A stretch of DNA of 64,000 nucleotides, taken from Albugo candida (lineage: Eukaryota). Of the stretch, positions 51,058 to 61,596 are shown piece after piece. Every line of letters starts with the position of its first letter. Within the stretch, counting starts at the first letter, position 1. The position numbers and the translations under genes are program-made. The stretch is from NCBI GenBank assembly GCA_040437565.1, contig JBDOQK010000011.1, forward strand, positions 1 through 64,000, read 5' to 3'. Under the pieces are notes generated by a model that made no database searches, was not told the DNA's origin, and saw only the letters and a list, made by a program, of their open reading frames with translations.

Positions 51058-53249
51058 TCATCCAATGGAGCTATAAAGCCGACGGCTATGTAAGCGGTAT
51101 ATCTTCAAGCCGAAATATACAAAGAAAATAACAATGCACGAAAACCCTATCCATCCAGCAATATTACCGTTTTCTAGAGATTCCGATTCTCTGTTTCGCT
51201 GAGTATTTGACATACCCGTGAACGTCGGAAGATACCTTCGGACTTCGGATGACATGATGGCCACATCGAGTACCTGTGGGTGATAATGACAAATATCTTC
51301 CCAAGTACCAGTTGACACAATGAAACTGGTTATCAAAGTTGTGAAATTAGACAGCGGACATTCGTGAGGACATTGATGCAATTTCAAAAGTGTGCGCTTT
51401 GTTTCTGGAGTCCAGACATACAGTTTGACGAAATAGGGATCTGTTTTGTGCTCTTGTTTCGTGTGCAGCTCGATAAACAATGTAGTGCCCGGAATGAGTG
51501 GAGTAGAACCATTGTACGAGAGAAGTCCATCAAAATTGAATTTTAGACCCATCATAAAGCCCAGTCCATGCAGCAGCTCACGATGTCCATGATAAGAATG
51601 ATACTTGAACGACATTGCAGTATTTCGATTCTCACTGGATAATTTGGCAGCGTGTTGCAAATCTCTCAGCATAACGAGCGGAAATCCACCGCATGCGTAT
51701 GTAATCTCTCGAGGTGTTGTGTACAGTCTCTCGATCATATGCTGGAAAGAAAGGCTATTGAGCTCAACCAGTAGGTCTTCATTCATACCTGGAAGCAAGG
51801 GCAGGCCTTGATTTAGATCGAACAAAAACATGTCGGCTACATCTTTGATCGCTAAAATTGGATCCTTGGAAATGTAGAAATCTGCCCCACATATCAAAGC
51901 AACTTGTTGCAACATCATTTGATGTTTTAGTATCAAATCGTGCCCTCTTGTACGAGCATACTTGGCCAAGTNNNNNNNNNNNNNNNNNNNNNNNNNNNNN
52001 NNNNNNNNNNNNNNNNNNNNNNNNNNNNNNNNNNNNNNNNNNNNNNNNNNNNNNNNNNNNNNNNNNNNNNNTGTGGGTGATAATGACAAATATCTTCCCA
52101 AGTACCAGTTGACACAATGAAACTGGTTATCAAAGTTGTGAAATTAGACAGCGGACATTCGTGAGGACATTGATGCAATTTCAAAAGTGTGCGCTTTGTT
52201 TCTGGAGTCCAGACATACAGTTTGACGAAATAGGGATCTGTTTTGTGCTCTTGTTTCGTGTGCAGCTCGATAAACAATGTAGTGCCCGGAATGAGTGGAG
52301 TAGAACCATTGTACGAGAGAAGTCCATCAAAATTGAATTTTAGACCCATCATAAAGCCCAGTCCATGCAGCAGCTCACGATGTCCATGATAAGAATGATA
52401 CTTGAACGACATTGCAGTATTTCGATTCTCACTGGATAATTTGGCAGCGTGTTGCAAATCTCTCAGCATAACGAGCGGAAATCCACCGCATGCGTATGTA
52501 ATCTCTCGAGGTGTTGTGTACAGTCTCTCGATCATATGCTGGAAAGAAAGGCTATTGAGCTCAACCAGTAGGTCTTCATTCATACCTGGAAGCAAGGGCA
52601 GGCCTTGATTTAGATCGAACAAAAACATGTCGGCTACATCTTTGATCGCTAAAATTGGATCCTTGGAAATGTAGAAATCTGCCCCACATATCAAAGCAAC
52701 TTGTTGCAACATCATTTGATGTTTTAGTATCAAATCGTGCCCTCTTGTACGAGCATACTTGGCCAAGTGCTGATTCGAAACTTGCCAGCAAGGACCCCCA
52801 GCTCCAAAATCATGCTCATTCTCTGGTAGCTGCATGAATATTGGAAGCGGCTGTTTCTTGAATTCGCCAGGACCACTTCCATCAGGATATAATCCATATC
52901 CCAAAGCAGCAGCACTTTGCCCACAGCGTGTGGCTGCATCAGCTCTAAAATAGGTTTCGAAGTGTTGATGGTGTGGTCCATTAAATGAAACATTCAAAAA
53001 GCGCTTCTGATTGACATAAACTTCACGAATGTGTTCTCCCGCTTGTTGTAGTTGCTTCATTCCTCGTTCTGTCAATTGTTCTGGTGGAGTATGGTATGCC
53101 TGATAATTTTGCATATTATTCGGACACAAATGTTGTACTATTGGGTTTGGTGCTCGATTTCCGTGACGGGAAAGTGATACGAGATGAATCAGATCCGAAG
53201 AAGTGGGATACATCAGCCATGATTGCATAACTAGTGATAGGAAAAGCAT
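51058..53249 (-). CDS. Histidine acid phosphatase with signal peptide and C-terminal TM helix
   Basis: RHGNRAP motif, hydrophobic N-terminus and TM segment IAGWIGFSCIVIFFVYFGL. The middle of the gene is duplicated across the gap at 51972-52071. Confidence 0.9.
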
Positions 53250-53368
53250 TTTCTCAATTCGATGATAATGCGATTATGACGTGCGAAGGATCGTCAAATG
53301 TACATCCGTTACATCTGAAAACTTTGCAATATTATTCACTCAGTAACAGTGATGTGACCACATCAACA

Positions 53369-54974
53369 ATGCCAACAAGCCTGATTGGAAAAGTAGCACT
53401 CGAAGAAGACAAATATGTTGAGATGTTAGAAACCATTATAGAGCGTGATTTTTTCCCTGAAAGCAATATTTTGAAAAAATCGTTGCAATCAGAAAGCGAT
53501 GTAATTATTAATTTCCCAAGCATTGTTGTTTCATGGCTGTAATGTAGAGTTCATTTCAGATCGATGAAGAAAATGGATCGACTTGTATTGCACCAAATTG
53601 TTTGGAGAATGAAAGAGCGGCACGAAATCATATGGATGAGATTGACGAAAGTCATCGGACGCGAAGATTTGGATCGGATGGCATCACATCCATGACATTG
53701 GATAAGTTCACGGTATGTTATCAGAATATATACAGGTGACGTCAAAACCAATGCTTTATCAAAGGCGACACATACGTCGGAGGATAACTCGGCTTTCAAT
53801 GAGCTACAAATAAAAGCGATACAAGAACATCGTTCGCGCTATCATTGGGCCTATGACTCAGAGAATCAGAATACCTGCAAAATGTTTTTACTTACTGATG
53901 GGACCTGGATCAAGGCTGAGGAAAGAAAAAGAATCATGGAAGCATGTGCACCAAAAGGAGGTAAGTCTTGTATGTGTTTGGTCTTGGTTCTCTTCCAACA
54001 ATCCACAAAGATGCATTGGATAAAAGGCCAAAGGCACCTGACACGTGGCAATATCGGGCACAGAACCCTTTGATATTTCCTCCACTTCTTGATGTGACAA
54101 AGAGCATATGCAGAGTTTGCTAACAAATCGGTCCGTATGCTTGGCAGAATATTTACATTTGGGATTTGCAGGTCGGGGAAATTCAGCCAAACAATGAAGG
54201 ATTGCTCAAACTTGAAGATAAATTCAGCAACCGATCGAAACAACGTCTCGGGTCGAAGAAGAAAATTGTTTACGCGAATTCACGGTTTCCGCCCGAGAAT
54301 AAATCATTTGTATGTTCATAACTCGATTAACCTTCCTACCGCTTGTTCACTGATTCTCTGAAAGTACACGAGCACTAAATCTGAAAAGAACGACATGAAA
54401 GAATACGATTTAGTTGAAATGACACCGATAATAGCCCCAGGTGTCGATGCAAGTCCATTTATGACATGGGGTAGCATTGAGGGAACACCGATTAATCTGG
54501 ATGCACAGGGACACGGTAACGATACGGAAAAATTTGTTGACGAATTTCACAGACACCATTTTGCCGTTATATGAAAACGGGCGTCTAGGAGGACCAACTT
54601 TTAAAATGAAAGAAATCTCAGGTCGAGAACGAATTGCTGATACAATCGAATTAAAAAAGGTGAATTAAATTCCACAGCAATCTTACAGCAAGCCAACCAA
54701 ATTTTTTTTGTGATAGAGAAAGCGAAAATTATTGAGTCGTTACCTTATTCCGATTCATACGTCTCGAACAAGCTCAATTCCAGCTACTCCCATGTCAATC
54801 AGAGAAAGAATTGCATTGAATCGGAGAGCTCTGACACCACAGCGTAGCCGCCAGCAGCGATTATCTGACCTACGGTCGAAGAAAACTCAAGGCGGCCGGG
54901 ACCTTCACTCCGAGTTACGTGCCTCGTATTCAACCCCGCTGGTACCACCAAAACAAAAACTACCGAGACTGTAG
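53369..54974 (+). CDS. ESS2: Splicing factor ESS-2 / DGCR14 homologue, multi-exon
   Basis: LEEDKYVEMLETIIERDFFP, LDKF...HTSEDNSAF, MTPIIAPG..ASPFMTWGSIEGTP and ELRASY motifs. The start may instead be at 53276. Confidence 0.9.
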
Positions 54975-55169
54975 ATGGCATTTGTAATTGATAACATGAA
55001 AGAGTTTTTTTCTCAGCCAATATGCAGATTGGTAATACTTATTTCAGGCTGATCTGGACTATTAATAGAAGGCCTCCACATCAACTTGATCTAAGCTAGT
55101 CTGCAGTTCCTCAACAATGAACCCACAATTACATCTTTCTCATTGAGTTCTTGATAAAAAAATTCCAGT

Positions 55170-57330
55170 ATGGTGATCATAAAACGAAAAGAAGAAATCG
55201 AGACCACAAAGAATGGCATTTACAAGCTTGTGGTGATCGGAGGAGGACCGGCTGGCGTTGGATTGTTTGTGAGAGCCGCTCGTATTGGACTTTTATCTCG
55301 ATTGCTGAACCCCACTGTTTTTGGAACAAGCGAGGATCTCGAACTATCACAAGAACTGAACAAAAACCAGCTTGGAGTAGCAGTCGTGCATGACGGTGAT
55401 GAAGGCTCGTTTGGCGCAGGAAATCTCGGTGCTTTCAAGATAAATTCAAACACATTTGCAAAAAGTTTCGTCAGTAGCATTCTAGACACAAGATCGGACC
55501 TCTGTCCCCCAGAAACGATTGAAGGGACTTTTTTGCAAAATATTGTATCACACGCTGCAACCAAGAAGCTTCAAAAGGTGGGTATGGCACCGTGTCTGCT
55601 GGAAGATCTCGGATGCTTTCTGAATGTCGTCGGCAGCCAATTATCAAAGGAGATTGCCAAACCAGTGTATCGTGATACCTCACATTGTCTATTTGATTCT
55701 CGAGCATTTCAACTCCATTTATTGAAGGATACAAAAGGCCGAAACTATGTTAGGGTGGATATTGTGAGTCAAATTACCAACACGACGATCTCAATTTTTG
55801 CAGAAAATATAGTGCTAGCCGTTGGCGGAAAACAACTGCGTCCTAAGCTCCCGCATCCAAGCTTGGATCAGAAGCTCTTCCTGTCAGATTTTTGTCTTAG
55901 AGAAGAAGGAATGGAAACATTGAGGCAGCATTTGCTACGTGCCAAATCTTCTTCAGTTTGTATCGTAGGTGGTTCCCACAGCGCATTCAGCGTAGCTTGG
56001 TTATTGCTGCATCGTCTGACAAAAAAGACGCAACCGGTTGCTGTCCAAAAGCTCCTGTCAGCTTCAAAAAACGCAAATTCTGTACGAGCATTGAATCACA
56101 CCTCAGAGATTTTAGCTATTCACAACTCAAATTATCCTGCTGATGATAAAAACGGTACTGATTGTACTAGTCAGATTGAATTTGGAAGGAAGGATATCAC
56201 AATACTACATCGTAGCGCTATTAAATGCTTTTATATGAACCGGAAAGAAGCAGAAGCGAATTGTGCCGACGCGACTTTCGTCGATCGGTGTGGCAGTGTG
56301 AATACTTTTACAGGACTTCGTGAAGACTCCAAGCGATTATATAAAGATATCTTGAATAAAAAAGAACGTCGAGTTCGGCTATTCCAGGTACAAGAGAAGG
56401 GTAATCAGAGCTTGAGCTTGAAGGCATATGAATCAGCGGCTGCAATAATATGGTGCTGCGGATACGCCACAAATCTTATTCCAGCCTTCAATATAAATCA
56501 CGAATCCATCCAATTTTCTCTAGAGCATGGGGTTGTAAAGTTGAACTCAAAAGCTCAGGTGCTGATTCATAGGGAGAGCTTGATCCGGAAGGCGACATTG
56601 ATAAATAAATGCACTCCGACATACCAGGAGCTACCCAATATCTTTGGTATCGGAATTGGATTCCATCTTAGAGCTTCGGTTGATGAATCAGGTGGAGAAA
56701 CTCGAGCGGATGGAGTGACAGTGTATCATCGACGTGGTGCGACACTTATATTGGCTACCCTTTTTGGGCATTCTGTATTCGGAGGAGAGAATAAGTCGTA
56801 TGACGAGATGGTGGAAAATGTAGGTTACTTTTTGCAGATTATTTCTGGCAGACGAACTCATGCCACTTTTTTGACTAAGAACGACAAGATACGAAAAGAG
56901 GGGGCGTTTTCAGTACTTGAAACAACAGAAAAACGTACATTTCTCGAGCAGATTGCCTCTAGGTATGAGAACAGATCAAATGAAAGACACTCGGGGTCAT
57001 CATCATGTTCTAGGAATTTGACGCCCCGGCTACGCGACAGTAGTATTGAGAAACAGATTACACAAGGTTCTTCTGTATCTGATCATCACGCTGTGAAGCC
57101 ACGTGATGCAATCACGAAGTATTGGGTGCGTATCTCTTTTTTCAGCGCAATGTCTTGTGTTAATCATCGTTTCTACTGTCTGTAGAAAAGGAATGCTCTT
57201 CTACATTCCGCACCTGGGGGATCGCGCTTGTTAAACGCGCAATCTAAGCCACAAGATTCTCAAGCATTAGTTTTGGATCGCCGAGTGAATATTCGGCTAC
57301 AACAACTTTCGCAGCGTCATCAGACGTAGT
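55170..57330 (+). CDS. FAD/NAD(P)-dependent oxidoreductase-like protein
   Basis: Two Rossmann-type motifs (VVIGGGPAG; CIVGGSHSA), plus VLAVGG and IIWCCGY. Probable short introns near 56820 and 57127-57185, so the 3' end is approximate. Confidence 0.8.
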
Positions 57331-57669
57331 TCGGCACAACTTTCCTTTTATCCGTTGTGTTGGCAGTCGTGAGTACCAATTTGAGAAACTTTTCAGACCA
57401 TTGCTATAAAATGCAAAATAACTGTGTAAGCGAGCGCAAAAGCGATGCCAAGCAGTTAGTAGTTCCAACAATGAAATATATTGAAAACGTTCAACACTGA
57501 TAAATAACCTGTGTGGCTATTGGTACTGAGCTTCATGTTCAGTGACTTCACTTTATGTAGTTGGTAACTTTGAGAGATACTTTCTTGCCCGGCTACTAAG
57601 TATTCCGTCAATTCAGAAGGCAACCTTGACGAAAAGCCATATCCAACTCCTTTTTCTCTTTTTTTTTGC

Positions 57670-58028
57670 CGTGGCAACCCTGTTGAAACACCTCAACGAG
57701 TGGTTGCATGATTGTTGATGAATTATCAACCAGTGCGTTCCATGATATGGCACAGAGTGGTACATTTTGTCATACCGCGACCTCGTCACTGAGGAGTAGA
57801 AAAGTAATTCCAAGTGTGGACGAAACCAGTAGCCCCACTTTGGCTGACTTAATCAGGTCGCAAAAGTCCATGCATAAGAAAAAGTCTCGAGCGGAAGCGC
57901 ATAATCGTTTGGAGATACGAAAGCCACGAGCAGCGTATATTGAGAGAATGTTTGTGAATGATAGGCACCCGGAGGGGCCGATCTTGGCTGCAAAGTTGAA
58001 GGCAAGGAAACCTTTCAAGAGAAAATAA
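57670..58028 (+). mobile_element. LINE ORF1 N-terminal fragment
   Basis: CMIVDE...PTLADLIRSQ is homologous to 59274-59596 (-) and 62040-62440 (+). Confidence 0.65.
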
Positions 58029-58642
58029 CCCGGTCTTTACATGATTATAGATATGGGTCAACCATCGGCCCGTAACACGAGATCGAGTCGGTGCTAAAAG
58101 AGAATTGAGCCACTGCGGGACAATTGGACATTTCAGAAAGAATGCGGAAAAAGAAACGCCAAAGACCCTGTAGCATCGTTCTAGGAGCTGGAAGTCGCGA
58201 TTCCGAATCACAGAGGTCGGAAAAATGATGGATCTCAGACAGTTTGGTTATCTCGTAACGGATGCGAATGGTTGAGATACGGGAGCAACGCAACGATTCA
58301 TTTCTACACCACAATGGAGAAATAGTGAAAATGACGGGGAAGGAAAAGCAAAAGACCGTGAAAGTCAACGGTTCATGAAAGTATCACGCTTCTCGACGTG
58401 CAATTTGCGAATGAATTACAGTGTGATATCTTATTATACGGGAATTTGGAGGCGAAAGGATGCCAAACCAAGTATCTTGAAGATGGATCAAGAGTAGTAT
58501 AACGTATATCTGACAAGACAACCATCTTTCACATAAAGAAAAAAAAGGAAGTACTTACTATGGAAACGGAAAGTTGAAGAGGCTCAAAGTGGTACGGAAA
58601 TCCTGGCTTAAATAGAATCGGTCAAAGAACCCAAAGTACAGA

Positions 58643-58886
58643 GGGTCCGTGACCAGCTCAGTCGGTCAAGCACTTGAGCGCACGGACCCCCTGCCGGAGG
58701 TTGTTAGTTCGATCCCCGGCAGTGTGGGCAGCGGTTTGAGCCCACCCAAGCAATAAGCTTGGAAAATATCTGCCTCCCTAGGTTTGTAGTCAGACTTAAG
58801 TGATATTCACACGGTCAGGGGCTCATGACAGGATAAGTAAGGTAGTTAAAGAACCAGATTAACAGTGTAATGAAGTCCTTGACAAA
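58643..58886 (+). mobile_element. tRNA-derived SINE family A, intact copy (~240 bp)
   Basis: A-box AGCTCAGTCGG and B-box AGTTCGATCCC. Direct repeat CAAAGAACCCAAAGTACAGA at 58623-58642 and 58883-58902 (TSD of 16-20 bp). Colinear with 7751-8436. Confidence 0.92.
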
Positions 58887-59273
58887 GAACCCAAAGTACA
58901 GATCGGAAGCCTGTATCATGTTCATCATCTCTGTGGTCATCTCAGTTGAAGGTGTCTATATTACTAGAGTTAGATTAACTGACTTCTTTAGTTGCCTAGG
59001 CTATCTTAAATAACATATATACATATGAAAAACGTTTCGTGAAATACCTGTGAGAGATGATAAGATGTCTTCTCGTTGATAAGCTCGTATGGCAGTAGCA
59101 TCAGCACCCTTGATACGAGACTGTGTCCAGCCTGTAAATGCTGTAAAGCTGTAAAGTTGTAAAGTTGTAAAAANNNNNNNNNNNNNNNNNNNNNNNNNNN
59201 NNNNNNNNNNNNNNNNNNNNNNNNNNNNNNNNNNNNNNNNNNNNNNNNNNNNNNNNNNNNNNNNNNNNNNNNN

Positions 59274-59690
59274 GACTCCTGCGACTTGATTATTTCTGCC
59301 AAAGTGGGACCTTTGGTGTCGTCCACACTTGCAGTTGCAATTGCCTTTGGGTCACTCTGTGACGAGGCAACGACAGTACCGATTGTGCCACCGGTACCAC
59401 ATCCGACACCGGTAGTACCGGCATTAGCCTGTACCATCACACTGGGGGTGGGGGTACTTTCCACGTCGTCACATAGGGGTGATGACTCATCAACAATCAT
59501 GCAATCACTCAAAACAGGGTGACTCATGAGGGTTGCCACGTCACTACAAGTGGACGCTAGCACCCTTGTTTGTGTCGATATGTCGACTTGGACCATTGTT
59601 TTCGAGAGGAAAGAGTTAAAAAAAAATAATTTTTCGAGTTCTTTTTGTACTAAATTGGCGGGTTACATAGTAGCCGGCAAATTGAGAAGT
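59274..59690 (-). mobile_element. LINE 5' end (5' UTR and ORF1 start), running into a gap
   Basis: Begins ACTTCTCAATTTGCCGGCTA, like the copy at 61597. ORF1 reads MVQVDISTQ...CMIVDESSP...PTLAEIIKSQE. Confidence 0.7.
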
Positions 59691-60690
59691 CTCTGTGGTC
59701 ATCTCAACTACGACACTATCGAGCGGATAGCTACGGTGCCGGACAGAGGAATCGAGATTGATGCCCCGCCGGTGACCGAATGCATTACGCGGTAGGAGAG
59801 CATGAAAAAAAAGAACAAAAAGTCTCAAAAAGATACCTGTATGAATTCACCAAAAAAATGGAGCGAATTGNNNNNNNNNNNNNNNNNNNNNNNNNNNNNN
59901 NNNNNNNNNNNNNNNNNNNNNNNNNNNNNNNNNNNNNNNNNNNNNNNNNNNNNNNNNNNNNNNNNNNNNNCATGAGGGTTGCCACGTCACTACAAGTGGA
60001 CGCTAGCACCCTTGTTTGTGTCGATATGTCGACTTGGACCATTGTTTTCGAGAGGAAAGAGTTAAAAAAAAATAATTTTTCGAGTTCTTTTTGTACTAAA
60101 TTGGCGGGTTACATAGTAGCCGGCAAATTGAGAAGTCTCTGTGGTCATCTCAACTACGACACTATCGAGCGGATAGCTACGGTGCCGGACAGAGGAATCG
60201 AGATTGATGCCCCGCCGGTGACCGAATGCATTACGCGGTAGGAGAGCATGAAAAAAAAGAACAAAAAGTCTCAAAAAGATACCTGTATGAATTCACCAAA
60301 AAAATGGAGCGAATTGGTGGCGTCACATGCGGTTATTCGAAGGGTCCAATTACGCCACAAGACTGAATTGGAAATCGATAGTTGGTCTGACCGAGACCAA
60401 AACTGAAGCAGCTAAAAAGTTTCAAGATTTTTTCGATAACTTTTAATTCTATCAAATACACTGATGGCGAAGAAGAGTACAGGAATGTCGACCTTTTCAA
60501 GCAGGAGTAAGAAGAATTAACGATGCCGAAAAATCAAGTCTTGAGTGGAAAACTGAATGAATGCATAGGACAGTCATGAAGCTGGCGTGGTCTGTGATAT
60601 TTGGAAGCTCTATAGAGTTATTCTTTTGGGGAGATGCTGCGCGTATATCTCTAATACAAGCCCATCTACTTGGGGTCCACCCCATCTTCG
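59691..60690 (+). mobile_element. copia integrase relic of the element-1 type (partly duplicated across a gap)
   Basis: GHLNYDTIERIA, RIGGV...KGPITP, TKTEAAKKF and FWGDAA fragments resemble 4780-5450. Confidence 0.7.
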
Positions 60691-60693
60691 TTA

Positions 60694-60876
60694 AGGGAAT
60701 TCGCCCGTAGTACTTATATTTAGACAATGTTTGTCACTACCGTTTGGTGGTTATACACTACATTCTAATCACTAATATGTAACGCTATGAAGAGCCCTGT
60801 CCAACTCCTGCACAGTTATTTCTGTTGTAGTTGCCAGCGGTCTTGACACGTCCATAGCTTCGATAAGTAGATTGAT
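60694..60876 (-). mobile_element. 3' half of SINE family B (duplicated at 61414-61596 across a gap)
   Basis: Colinear with 7773-7958, e.g. CGCCCGTAGTACTT, TTTGGTGGTTAT and GTTGCCAGCGGTCTTGACACGTCCATA. Confidence 0.88.
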
Positions 60877-61596
60877 ACTTCTCAATTTGCCGGCTATTAC
60901 GTAGCCCGCCAATTTAGTACAAAAAGCTCGAAAAACAACCTCTTTCACTGTTTCCTCTCCAGAGAATGGTCAACTCGACATATCGACACTGTTGAAAGTA
61001 TTTGAATTGCACTTGTTGCAATAGAGGTAGAAGTAAAAGTATAATATATTTAGCATTAAACTTGTATGTCAACACTACAACATGCATGTGCAACGGCATT
61101 ACAAATGACATATCCCGTTTCACATGACGTCTTTCTGGTACTACGTGGTGACCGTCTCTCTTCGTCCCGTCTGTCACGTTGTCACCAAAAACAGCCGTTC
61201 AGGTGAGGNNNNNNNNNNNNNNNNNNNNNNNNNNNNNNNNNNNNNNNNNNNNNNNNNNNNNNNNNNNNNNNNNNNNNNNNNNNNNNNNNNNNNNNNNNNN
61301 NNNNNNNNGGTCTGTGATATTTGGAAGCTCTATAGAGTTATTCTTTTGGGGAGATGCTGCGCGTATATCTCTAATACAAGCCCATCTACTTGGGGTCCAC
61401 CCCATCTTCGTTAAGGGAATTCGCCCGTAGTACTTATATTTAGACAATGTTTGTCACTACCGTTTGGTGGTTATACACTACATTCTAATCACTAATATGT
61501 AACGCTATGAAGAGCCCTGTCCAACTCCTGCACAGTTATTTCTGTTGTAGTTGCCAGCGGTCTTGACACGTCCATAGCTTCGATAAGTAGATTGAT

